35,791 nt of DNA, from the NCBI GenBank assembly GCA_038063735.1, contig JBBTUN010000008.1, forward strand, positions 29,141 to 64,931, in the 5' to 3' direction. Within the stretch, counting starts at the first letter, position 1. Each line of letters begins with the position of its first letter. The position numbers and the translations under genes are program-made. Positions 1 through 7,825 of the stretch are shown in pieces. The notes under the pieces were generated by a model. The model was not told where the DNA came from, searched no databases, and saw nothing but the letters and a program-made list of their open reading frames with translations. The stretch comes from Patescibacteria group bacterium. GTDB taxonomy: Bacteria; Patescibacteriota; Microgenomatia; Curtissbacterales; GWA2-41-24.

Positions 1-3000
1 CGGTGGTGCCGCCGACATTAAGAACATCATCCCAACCGGTGCCGATGTTGAGAGCATATTCGGTTGCCCCGGTGGCTGTTAAGTTGCCTATTTTGAGGGC
101 ATTGAGAGTTACTTCAGCGTCACCTGTGATGGCCCCAATGTTAATGACATTGGCGGTATTGGTACCGGCCGAGGCATTGCCAATTGTGGCGTCAAGGTCC
201 AGAAGGTTGTGGACATTGGTACCGGCTCCGGAGTGGACCGGGGTAGTTAAGGTTAACTGGACACTGTCGGTGGTTACTCCGGCATTGGCAGCGGGGGCGC
301 TGGTTAAGGCAATGTTTTCCGTCCCTGCAAAGGTAAAGTCAACATCGGTATTGAAAGTTGCGGCACCGTTGGCAGTGAAAGTTCCTGTTGCGGTTGCTGC
401 CGTGCCGGTATCGGTAATACTAGAATCGCCAAGCGCTGTTGATGCACCGACTCCTGTCCACCTGGCAATCGTGCCACCTGTACCTGAACCGGTAAGAGCT
501 CCACTGCCACCGGCATCTGTTCCACAGGTGAATGTGCCAGCTGCTGTCCAGAGAAGCTTTTCTGTTGTTGTGTTACAGGCAGAAAGGCTAGCCCCATAAA
601 CTGTGGTGCCTACATAGGTATTACCACCACCGACGTACAAACCATAGTTAGTGTCTCCAGTTGAGGCCGAGACAAAGATGCCGTAGGCATTACCGGTTCC
701 GGAAGGATCACCAACTGCCGAAAACAAACCTCCGTAGACATTGCTATTGCCGGCGTTACCATTGGTGGCTGTGGCTACTCCGTAGACACCATAGAGAGCT
801 TTGGTACCCGTGGTGTTGGCACCGGTTTGGGCATCACTAAAGTAGCCACCATAGGTGGTGTCTGAAGTTACCGAACTTGATGTTGTAATCCCGTAGCTTG
901 CATAACCAACCTTGGCGGCGTTGTTGGTTAAAGTTAGAGAATTGAAGTTTGCGTAATTTGTATTTGGCGTGTCGCTTGCGTCGGTGGCCTTATTGAGAAT
1001 TCCGTAACTTGTAGTTGCGGAGCCGGCCGAGAAATCCGGAGCAAGATAAAGAAGGGAACCGCCTGTACCTGCGGAGCCAACATCCGAAGTTATTTTAACG
1101 AAACCGGAAGAAGTGCCGGTTATGACACCTGTTGAAGTTGGACCGGTCAGGGTTAGGGCTGTACCGGTGGTTAAGGAGGAAGCGGTAATTAATAGGGCGT
1201 TTTGGGTGGTGGCGCCGGAGGTGATTGCACTTGTTAGTAAGTTGCTGGTTAGGGTGTCTGCGGTATTGGTATCACCCAAAGTAGTATTACCATTGACGGT
1301 TAGATCGGAGGCAGTAACGATGGCCCCGGTGGTACCCGAGACTGTGAAGTTTGAAGTATCAACGGCGATACCGCCGTCAAGGTTAACCAGAGTAGGAGTA
1401 GTGGCCCCTCTTCCGGTAACTGTGGCCAGAGTTGAAGTATTGGCAATGGTAACGGTGTCGGTGGCGCCACCGGTCGTGGTTATATCCGTGCCGGCGGCGA
1501 TGGTAATGGTATCGCCGGCATTGATGGTCTGGTTACTGCCCGAAGTGCCGGCTAGTGTTATCGCAAAGGTACCGCCTCCGGTACTGGTCAGGCAGGTGAC
1601 ACAGCCAATATCACCGGCTGAGGAGAGAGTAATGGGTGCGGTTGCCGAGACAGCAACTGTACCTGTGGCATTGGGGAAGGTAATGGTCTTTGCAGATACC
1701 GTCGGATCAGTGATGGCAAAGATGGTGTAGATATTGTCGGCGGTTAGGCCTTCAAAGGTCAGGGGAGAAGCACCCTGGATTTCGCCTGTAAGTGTGATTG
1801 TATCGGTGGCCGCATTACCCAAAGTAGTATTGCCGTTGACGGTCAGATCCCCAGAGGCTGTTAATGTTCCGGCCGAGGTAATGGTACCTGAGCCGGTCGT
1901 GGCGATGGTGCCGGTTGTGGAGATTGTGATATTACTGGCCAAATCGCCGCCGGCGATAGTGCCGTCGAGAATTTCTGTTGAGGTGACCCCGCCTGTCTTT
2001 ATGCTGACTGCACCGGAGGTGACTGAGAAATTTCCGGAAGAAAATGAAGCGATACCTTTGGCTGCAGTTGTTGCATCGTCGATTGTGATTGTTGTGCCCG
2101 ATCCGCTTGTGTTGGAAATTGTTAATACTCCGGTTAACCCGTCCAGGGAAGCAACACCTCCGGAAGCGCAGGAACCAAATGTTGGTGTGCTGCCGCCAAG
2201 CAAACATTGGCTGGACGTGCCAGCAGTTGCTTGAGCGACGACACCTGCACCATTTGTGTATAAAACTCCACCGGCTGAACTAAAAGGGGAGAGGGTTAGG
2301 CTTGTGCCAACTGTTGCGCCTCCCGTAAAGCTGGTGGCAGTTGCAGTTGTGGCGCCACGACCAGTTACCGTAGAAAGCGTGTCGGCTTCCGAAGTGAGTC
2401 CGGAAGAAGACGATGAGATTGTGATTGTGCCTGCCGATTCCGAGACGGTGGTTGATCCTGAGCCTTTCAATGTGATTGTTCCGCTGGTGTCGTTAATACT
2501 AGTTACAATTGATGCTGAGTCCAGGCTAACGACGGGATTTTGGCCACTAGTTACTGCGATTCCTGTTCCGCCTGTCACCCCGTAAACAACATTTGGTGCA
2601 GTTATGTTTTCGGCAAAAATTGTGGTTCCGGAAACCTCGGTGTTGGCGTCGATGTATAACTTATGTTTCTCACTGCTTGCTGCAAGAACCTGCCCGGCTT
2701 CCCTGAAATCGGTTGCAATCTGGTTGGTTTGACTGCTATTCGTGCCTAGTGTTCGCTTGTATCCTTGAAATCCTATGAAAATAAAGCCGGACACAAGTGA
2801 AAAAATAACTGTTGCGTATGCAATTTGCCTAATTTTCGTCAATTTAGGCCTATTTTCATTTGCTGTGTCTTTGAAAAAGACGGGCATAGCATATTGCTCT
2901 TTGAATTTGTTTTCTACCAAAGAGCCTATCTTCTTTTCGTGTTCCTTAAGCTTTTTGTCCAGTTGAGACTGATTGACTTGATTAATTGTTGAAACTTTAA

Positions 3001-3490
3001 CGACGAACGGCGAATGTGCGGTATGCGAACCTGCTCTTTGTAGACTTGCTATGGGGCTAATTTGTTCCGCAGCACTTTTTTCTCTTATTGAGGCTATTTC
3101 TTGTTTTTTGTACCTTTTTGCTATTTGAGGAAACGTAAAGCCTTTTTGATTAAAGCTTGTAGTTTCGATTAGTCTTTGTACTGTCCAGAAAGGTAAGTGA
3201 CCGATAGGAGTTAATGGTTGATGGTTGTTGGTAGTTGATAGTTTACGGACAGCATGGGGGAGTATTCCAAGCTTTATGAAATAGCGTATTCTCTCAATCG
3301 GGTTGCCGTGCCCAAATTCTGCACCTCCTTTCTTAGAAAGCGTAATTACCTCTTCTGTCGGCAGAAGAGATTGGGAGTCGCATTGGTTCTCGGGAGAAGA
3401 ACCGTTGATATTAGGGGAAAATGAAGTCGATGAAATAGTTTGATGGTTTTTAGTAACTGGTTTCTTGTTACTTTTTTTGAAAAAAGGCAT
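1..3490 (-). CDS. Giant membrane-anchored surface/fibre protein with N-terminal MerR-like HTH (3' end runs off the window, >1160 aa)
   Basis: ATG at 3490-3488. Hand translation of several stretches in this frame is open and consistent down to base 2: MPFFKKSNKK...ERIRYFIKLGILPHAVRK...GHLPFWTVQRL, TM IAYATVIFSLVSGFIFIGF, then Thr/Gly-rich repeats (DLTVNGNTTLG x2, TVTGRGATT x2) ending ...ALNIGTGWDDVLNVGGTT. It is absent from the ORF track because no stop lies in the window. Confidence 0.88.
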   Translation of the reverse strand, partial: MPFFKKSNKKPVTKNHQTISSTSFSPNINGSSPENQCDSQSLLPTEEVITLSKKGGAEFGHGNPIERIRYFIKLGILPHAVRKLSTTNNHQPLTPIGHLPFWTVQRLIETTSFNQKGFTFPQIAKRYKKQEIASIREKSAAEQISPIASLQRAGSHTAHSPFVVKVSTINQVNQSQLDKKLKEHEKKIGSLVENKFKEQYAMPVFFKDTANENRPKLTKIRQIAYATVIFSLVSGFIFIGFQGYKRTLGTNSSQTNQIATDFREAGQVLAASSEKHKLYIDANTEVSGTTIFAENITAPNVVYGVTGGTGIAVTSGQNPVVSLDSASIVTSINDTSGTITLKGSGSTTVSESAGTITISSSSSGLTSEADTLSTVTGRGATTATATSFTGGATVGTSLTLSPFSSAGGVLYTNGAGVVAQATAGTSSQCLLGGSTPTFGSCASGGVASLDGLTGVLTISNTSGSGTTITIDDATTAAKGIASFSSGNFSVTSGAVSIKTGGVTSTEILDGTIAGGDLASNITISTTGTIATTGSGTITSAGTLTASGDLTVNGNTTLGNAATDTITLTGEIQGASPLTFEGLTADNIYTIFAITDPTVSAKTITFPNATGTVAVSATAPITLSSAGDIGCVTCLTSTGGGTFAITLAGTSGSNQTINAGDTITIAAGTDITTTGGATDTVTIANTSTLATVTGRGATTPTLVNLDGGIAVDTSNFTVSGTTGAIVTASDLTVNGNTTLGDTNTADTLTSNLLTSAITSGATTQNALLITASSLTTGTALTLTGPTSTGVITGTSSGFVKITSDVGSAGTGGSLLYLAPDFSAGSATTSYGILNKATDASDTPNTNYANFNSLTLTNNAAKVGYASYGITTSSSVTSDTTYGGYFSDAQTGANTTGTKALYGVYGVATATNGNAGNSNVYGGLFSAVGDPSGTGNAYGIFVSASTGDTNYGLYVGGGNTYVGTTVYGASLSACNTTTEKLLWTAAGTFTCGTDAGGSGALTGSGTGGTIARWTGVGASTALGDSSITDTGTAATATGTFTANGAATFNTDVDFTFAGTENIALTSAPAANAGVTTDSVQLTLTTPVHSGAGTNVHNLLDLDATIGNASAGTNTANVINIGAITGDAEVTLNALKIGNLTATGATEYALNIGTGWDDVLNVGGTT

Positions 3491-3532
3491 GCAGATTTTT
3501 TTCTGCTGCCCTAAGCCGAATCCCTTAAACCC

Positions 3533-3559
3533 TTTCCCGTATACTCCCGTTACGGGAAA
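3533..3559. promoter_or_regulatory. Perfect inverted repeat TTTCCCGTA-N9-TACGGGAAA upstream of the giant gene (operator or leader hairpin)
   Basis: Seen directly. It lies between a minus-strand TTGACA (3601-3596) and the ATG at 3490. Confidence 0.45.
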
Positions 3560-3687
3560 CACCTCTACTTCTATTAATATATATAATACGGTTGATGTCA
3601 AGTGCCCACTTGTGATATCTTTAGGATTAAGTTGGGTGTATGAAAATATTTTTTGCAGGTTTTGATCTTAAAAATTCTAGCCTTGAA

Positions 3688-3714
3688 TTAGCACTCTAAT
3701 AAAATTACTGCTAG
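3688..3714. promoter_or_regulatory. CIRCE-like (HrcA operator) element
   Basis: TTAGCACTC-N9-TACTGCTAG versus consensus TTAGCACTC-N9-GAGTGCTAA: left arm perfect, 15/18 overall. Confidence 0.35.
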
Positions 3715-3914
3715 GCGATTATAAGTTGGGTATCAGGCTGCTGTAAGGGGCTAAAAGTATATGTCTGTGCCTACATTTATACTGAGTTAGGGTTTACCCA
3801 CAAGTTTTATGAGACTATCGATTTTGTTGTTACCGAGCGAGTTGGACTAAAATCTTATTAAAGATAAAATTTTTGATATTTGTTAAAATGGCACTTACCG
3901 TTTGTACTAATAAC

Positions 3915-3988
3915 GGGCCTGTAGGTAAATGGTATACCGTATCCATGGCATGGATGAGTTCCGAGTTCGATTCTCGGTAGGTCCACCA
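3915..3988 (+). tRNA. tRNA-Ala(GGC)
   Basis: Cloverleaf with acceptor GGGCCTG/TAGGTCC carrying the G3:U70 Ala identity pair, anticodon arm TATCC-ATGGCAT-GGATG, T-loop TTCGATT, and encoded CCA. Confidence 0.92.
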
Positions 3989-4063
3989 GTTAGTTGATGG
4001 TTTATAGTTCATGGTTCATAGAATCTAAAGTCTACCAACTACCAACTACTAACCACAAACTAA
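3989..4063. repeat. Degenerate 7-mer tandem repeats in inverted arrangement between the tRNAs
   Basis: tagttga tggttta tagttca tggttca ... ctaccaa ctaccaa ctactaa ccacaaa; the two arms are approximate reverse complements. Confidence 0.7.
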
Positions 4064-4066
4064 TCT

Positions 4067-4137
4067 GGGGCTATAGCACAGTGGTAGTGCATTGCATTCG
4101 CATTGCAGAGACGAGGGTTCGATTCCCTCTAGCTCCA
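4067..4137 (+). tRNA. tRNA-Ala(CGC)
   Basis: Acceptor GGGGCTA/TAGCTCC with G3:U70, anticodon arm TTGCA-TTCGCAT-TGCAG, T arm GAGGG-TTCGATT-CCCTC. CCA is not encoded (CGA follows). Confidence 0.92.
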
Positions 4138-4141
4138 CGAG

Positions 4142-4231
4142 TAAGTGATAAGTGATAAGTGATAAGTGATAAGTGATAAGTGATAAGTGATAGGCAAAGC
4201 CTTTCTGCGAATAGGCAAAGCCTTTCTGCGA
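4142..4231. repeat. (TAAGTGA)7 perfect heptamer array followed by a 21-bp-period duplication (TAGGCAAAGCCTTTCTGCGA x2)
   Basis: Counted directly: heptamers at 4142-4190, duplication at 4191-4231. Confidence 0.95.
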
Positions 4232-4663
4232 TATAAAACAGTTATCGGATGAACGAAAAGTCGTGGAAATATTATTGTTAAATAAGATCATAAGATATCA
4301 AAAGTAACTGTTTAGCATAAGCGTATTAAGACCTGCTAAGTTTTCAAGATGACAAAAAGGGTTCCCGAAACGGGCTAGACGTAAATTTGTGCTAGTTGAA
4401 CCATAATTTGTAGCCATTTTTAGCTTTTTGGAGTATTTTTGTAAGAAATACTGAGAAAAATAATTATAGGTCAAGTAAATTCCAAATCCCAAATCTCAAA
4501 CCCCAAATTTTTGGACAAGAAACCAAAACACAGGTTTTCATGAGTGTATAAAATTTACTCAATATATATCGAATAGGTATGATATGGGATCAAGATTTCA
4601 TGGTTAATGGTTCATAGTTAACAGTAAATAGTTAGTTGATTGACCATCGACAATCGTCAAAAG

Positions 4664-4692
4664 TTGACATTTGGGCAAGTAGACAAGACAAT
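4664..4692 (+). promoter_or_regulatory. Sigma70-type promoter for leuS (near-leaderless)
   Basis: TTGACA-17nt-GACAAT, 8 nt before the ATG at 4701. Confidence 0.6.
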
Positions 4693-4700
4693 TGACGAGT

Positions 4701-7700
4701 ATGAAAGATTATGATCATGAGGCTATAGAGAGGAAGTGGCAGGAGAAGTGGGTTGAGGCTGGTATTTACGAACCTGATATGCAAAGAGCAAAACACCCTT
4801 TTTATAACCTGATGATGTTTCCTTACCCTTCGGCAGAGGGACTGCATGTGGGGAACATGTACGCGTTTTGCGGCAGTGATATTTTTGGGAGATTTAAGAG
4901 GATGCAAGGGTATGATGTTTTTGAACCGATAGGCTTGGACGGCTTTGGAATACACAGTGAAAACTATGCGATGAAAATTGGAGAACATCCGGTCGATGTT
5001 GCAAAAAGAACAAAAGAAAATTTTTACAGACAACTGCATCTTATAGGTAATTCTTTTGATTGGTCTCATACTCTGGAAACTTTTTATAGAGACTATTACT
5101 CGTGGACTCAATGGATATTTGTGCAGTTTTTTAAGAACGGGCTTGCATATAGGAAGCAGGGAGAAGTTAATTGGTGTCCATCGTGCCTGACGGTCCTTTC
5201 TGATGAACAAGCCGTAAATACATGTGAGAGGTGTGGGACAGAAGTTATTAAGAAGGAATTGACACAATGGTATTTTAAGATCACTGATTATGCCCAGCGG
5301 CTTTTGGATGGCTTAGATAAGATAGACTGGAGCGATAAAATTAAGACTATTCAGCGCAATTGGCTCGGCAAATCGCCGGGCACCGAAATTGTGTTCCATA
5401 TAGATATAGATAAGGTATATTCAGTTCATATTTTTACGACAAGAGCGGATACTTTGTATGGGGTCACGTTTTTGGCTTTGGCAATAGATCACTCTTTAGT
5501 GACAACGATTTTGGATCAGGCAAAGGGACCCGTTAAACAATCTATCCGTGAATTTTTAGACTATAGTAAGCAAAATCCAGACTCCAAACCCCAAGCGCCA
5601 AATGATAATTCGAGAGAAGGTGTTTTTAGCGGGTTTTTTGCCAAGAATCCTGTTAATGGAGAGAGTATACCTGTTTATGTGGCTGACTATGTGTTAACAG
5701 GTTACGGAACCGGAGCTGTTATGGGTGTGCCTGCCCATGACCAGCGAGACTTCGAGTTTGCCAAGAAACATAAAATAGAAATAAAGCAGGTTATTACATC
5801 GACCACTGCTGATGATGATATTTCACGCGCAGCTTTCACGAGCCATGGTGAGCTTGTTAATAGTGGTAAATACTCCGGACTGAAGTTTGAAGAGGCGATA
5901 CTAAAAATTACAGAGGATCTGGAAAAAAGTGGATGCGGTACGGCTAAAGTTAATTGGCATTTAAGGGATTGGGTAATTTCGAGGCAGCGCTATTGGGGAC
6001 CGCCGATACCCATGATTTTTTGTCAGAATTGTGCCAAGGAAGGTAAAAGCTGGTTTACTGAAAGTAAAACTCAAAACTCAAAACTCAAAACTCAAATTTT
6101 TGGAAATTGGAAATTGGAAATTGGAAATTCCGAATGGGATTCGGCTGGGTGGTATCCGGTTCCCGAAAAAGATCTGCCGGTGGAACTTCCTTACGTTGGG
6201 GATTTTAAACCAACCGGTAAAGGGATTTCTCCTCTTGCCCAGGACGAAAGTTTTGTAAATGTAAAATGCCCAGGTTGTGGTGCTCGTGCAAAAAGGGAAA
6301 CCGATGTCTCGGATACGTTTTTAGACTCAAGTTGGTATTTTTTAAGATATCCAAGCACAGTAAGGTCGGTGGGTCAGTGGGTCGGTAATGTCAGTAAGGT
6401 CAGTGGGTCGGTAATGTCAGTAAAGTCAGTAAAGTCGGCAATGTCAGTAAAGTCGGTAAATACTGACAATACAGATCATACTGATGATACAGATACTACC
6501 GAATTTACTGATTCTACTGAAAACTTTCCTTGGGACACAGAAATTACAAAGCGTTGGCTTCCGGTGGATATGTATATTGGCGGTGCGGAGCATGCTGTTT
6601 TACATCTCATGTATGCAAGATTTGTCACAAAATTTTTCTACGATTTAGGGCTTATTGATTTTGATGAGCCATTTTCCAAGTTTAGGGCGCACGGACTTTT
6701 AATTAAGGACGGAGCAAAAATGAGTAAGTCAAAGGGAAATGTGGTAAACCCGGACGATTATATTAAAAAATTTGGGGCAGACACACTGAGAACTTACTTA
6801 ATGTTTTGCGGGCGTTACAGTGAAGGTGGTGACTTTAGGGATGAGGGAATAGAAGGCATGCACCGATTCTTGAAACGGGTGTGGAAGTTGGTTATTATTT
6901 CGGTGGGTCAGCGGGTCGGTAATGTCGGTAAGGTCAGCGGGTCGGTAATGTCGGTAAAGTCAGTAATGTCGGTAAAGTCGGTAAAGTCGGTAAATACTGA
7001 CAATACTGATGGTACTGATTCTACCGATATTACTGAATTTACTGATTCTACTGATTATATTGATAACACTGACTCACAGGTTCACCGAAACTCTCTTTAC
7101 ATGATGCATAAGACTGTTAAAAAGGTGACGGGTGACATTGAAAGTTTGTCTTACAACACTGCAATCGCGTCACTGATGGAATGGGTCAATTTTCTGGAAG
7201 AGAAAGTAGTTAATAGTTCATTGTTGATGGTTGATAGTAGGAAAAAAAATGGGAACCACGAGCCCTTCTTGAATCAGGGTAAACCACGAACTACGAACCA
7301 CGAACCATTAACTAACGAAGAAGTTATTGTACTTTTAAAACTGCTTGCGCCGTTTGCACCTTATATGACTGAAGAATTGTGGCAAATAGTTAATAGTTCA
7401 TTGTTGATGGTTGATAGTAAGAGGAAAAAAGGCCACGAACCCTTCTTGAATCAGGGTAAACTACGAACTACGAACTATGAACCAGATTTCAAATCCATCC
7501 ATCTTGAAAAATGGCCGGAGTATGATGAAAAGTTGGCAACAAGTGAGAAAGTGAACTTAATCATTCAAGTTGACGGCCGTGTAAGGGATAAACTGGAAAC
7601 GGTCAGGGGAATGTCTAAAGAAGATGCCCAAGCCCTTGCTTTAGCTTCAGAGAAGGTATCAAAGTATGTCAGTACTACCCAAGATTTTAAGGTTATTTAT

Positions 7701-7745
7701 GTTGTCGACAAATTAATAAATTTTGTAGTGTTAGGGAAAAACTGA
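4701..7745 (+). CDS. leuS: Leucine--tRNA ligase with multiple in-frame repeat insertions
   Basis: MFPYPSAEGLHVGN (HIGH), FTTRADT and GYGTGAVMGVPAHDQRD editing motifs, DWVISRQRYWG, YIGGAEHAVLHL, KMSKSKGN. ATG 4701 is preferred over TTG 4692 because of the promoter position. Confidence 0.98.
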   Translation: MKDYDHEAIERKWQEKWVEAGIYEPDMQRAKHPFYNLMMFPYPSAEGLHVGNMYAFCGSDIFGRFKRMQGYDVFEPIGLDGFGIHSENYAMKIGEHPVDVAKRTKENFYRQLHLIGNSFDWSHTLETFYRDYYSWTQWIFVQFFKNGLAYRKQGEVNWCPSCLTVLSDEQAVNTCERCGTEVIKKELTQWYFKITDYAQRLLDGLDKIDWSDKIKTIQRNWLGKSPGTEIVFHIDIDKVYSVHIFTTRADTLYGVTFLALAIDHSLVTTILDQAKGPVKQSIREFLDYSKQNPDSKPQAPNDNSREGVFSGFFAKNPVNGESIPVYVADYVLTGYGTGAVMGVPAHDQRDFEFAKKHKIEIKQVITSTTADDDISRAAFTSHGELVNSGKYSGLKFEEAILKITEDLEKSGCGTAKVNWHLRDWVISRQRYWGPPIPMIFCQNCAKEGKSWFTESKTQNSKLKTQIFGNWKLEIGNSEWDSAGWYPVPEKDLPVELPYVGDFKPTGKGISPLAQDESFVNVKCPGCGARAKRETDVSDTFLDSSWYFLRYPSTVRSVGQWVGNVSKVSGSVMSVKSVKSAMSVKSVNTDNTDHTDDTDTTEFTDSTENFPWDTEITKRWLPVDMYIGGAEHAVLHLMYARFVTKFFYDLGLIDFDEPFSKFRAHGLLIKDGAKMSKSKGNVVNPDDYIKKFGADTLRTYLMFCGRYSEGGDFRDEGIEGMHRFLKRVWKLVIISVGQRVGNVGKVSGSVMSVKSVMSVKSVKSVNTDNTDGTDSTDITEFTDSTDYIDNTDSQVHRNSLYMMHKTVKKVTGDIESLSYNTAIASLMEWVNFLEEKVVNSSLLMVDSRKKNGNHEPFLNQGKPRTTNHEPLTNEEVIVLLKLLAPFAPYMTEELWQIVNSSLLMVDSKRKKGHEPFLNQGKLRTTNYEPDFKSIHLEKWPEYDEKLATSEKVNLIIQVDGRVRDKLETVRGMSKEDAQALALASEKVSKYVSTTQDFKVIYVVDKLINFVVLGKN
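6066..6130. repeat. In-frame heptamer insert in leuS: (AAAACTC)n then (TGGAAAT)n
   Basis: Translates KTQNSKLKTQIFGNWKLEIGNS between the CQNC motif and GWYPVPE. Confidence 0.85.
6357..6520. repeat. Palindromic 9-mer repeat element, copy 1 (in frame in leuS)
   Basis: Left arm (GTCRGTAAD)n, right arm (ACYGA-based)n, centre TCGGTAAATACTGACAATAC. Encodes SVKSVKSAMSVKSVNTDNTDHTDD. Confidence 0.9.
6900..7074. repeat. Palindromic 9-mer repeat element, copy 2 (in frame in leuS)
   Basis: Same architecture as copy 1; 6981-7054 is identical over 74 nt to 9959-10032. Confidence 0.9.
7207..7315. repeat. Palindromic 7-mer repeat element, copy A (in frame in leuS)
   Basis: tagttaa tagttca ttgttga tggttga ... 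ccacgaa ctacgaa ccacgaa ccattaa; encodes VNSSLLMVDS...NHEPFLNQGKPRTTNHEP. Confidence 0.85.
7387..7483. repeat. Palindromic 7-mer repeat element, copy B (in frame in leuS)
   Basis: The first 33 nt are identical to copy A, and both share CCCTTCTTGAATCAGGGTAAAC. Confidence 0.85.
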
Positions 7746-7825
7746 TACTTAAGGTTGTATATTGATATAGTAGAGTAAATTTTATCCTCGCCATTTTTTA
7801 AAAAATGTTAGTATAAGGGTAGACC

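Noticed and set aside
3-2585. Plus-strand Val/Pro-rich ORFs (3..599, 1113..1730, 1734..2234, 2256..2585)
   Set aside because: They are antisense shadows of the Thr/Gly-rich giant minus-strand gene.
3500-3570. Lysine riboswitch (minus strand AGTAGAGGTG...GAGTA...GAAAGGG)
   Set aside because: It is far too short for the ~170-nt aptamer, later conserved elements are missing, and the downstream gene is unrelated to lysine.
3915-3988. Reading the first tRNA as Met/Ile (CAT)
   Set aside because: Stem geometry centres the 7-nt loop on GGC, and G3:U70 marks Ala.
4067-4240. Prophage or genomic island integrated at tRNA-Ala
   Set aside because: No integrase is present, and I found no duplicated tRNA 3' end (att site) in the window.
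4298-4492. Small minus-strand ORF (MATNYGST... from the internal ATG)
   Set aside because: It is short, has no recognisable motif and partly overlaps repeats, so it cannot be supported.
6357-7074. CRISPR array or intein/self-splicing intron explanation for the leuS inserts
   Set aside because: There is no constant repeat with unique spacers and no cas genes, no intein C/S...HN termini, and no recognisable group I/II core. The inserts are short degenerate tandem repeats.
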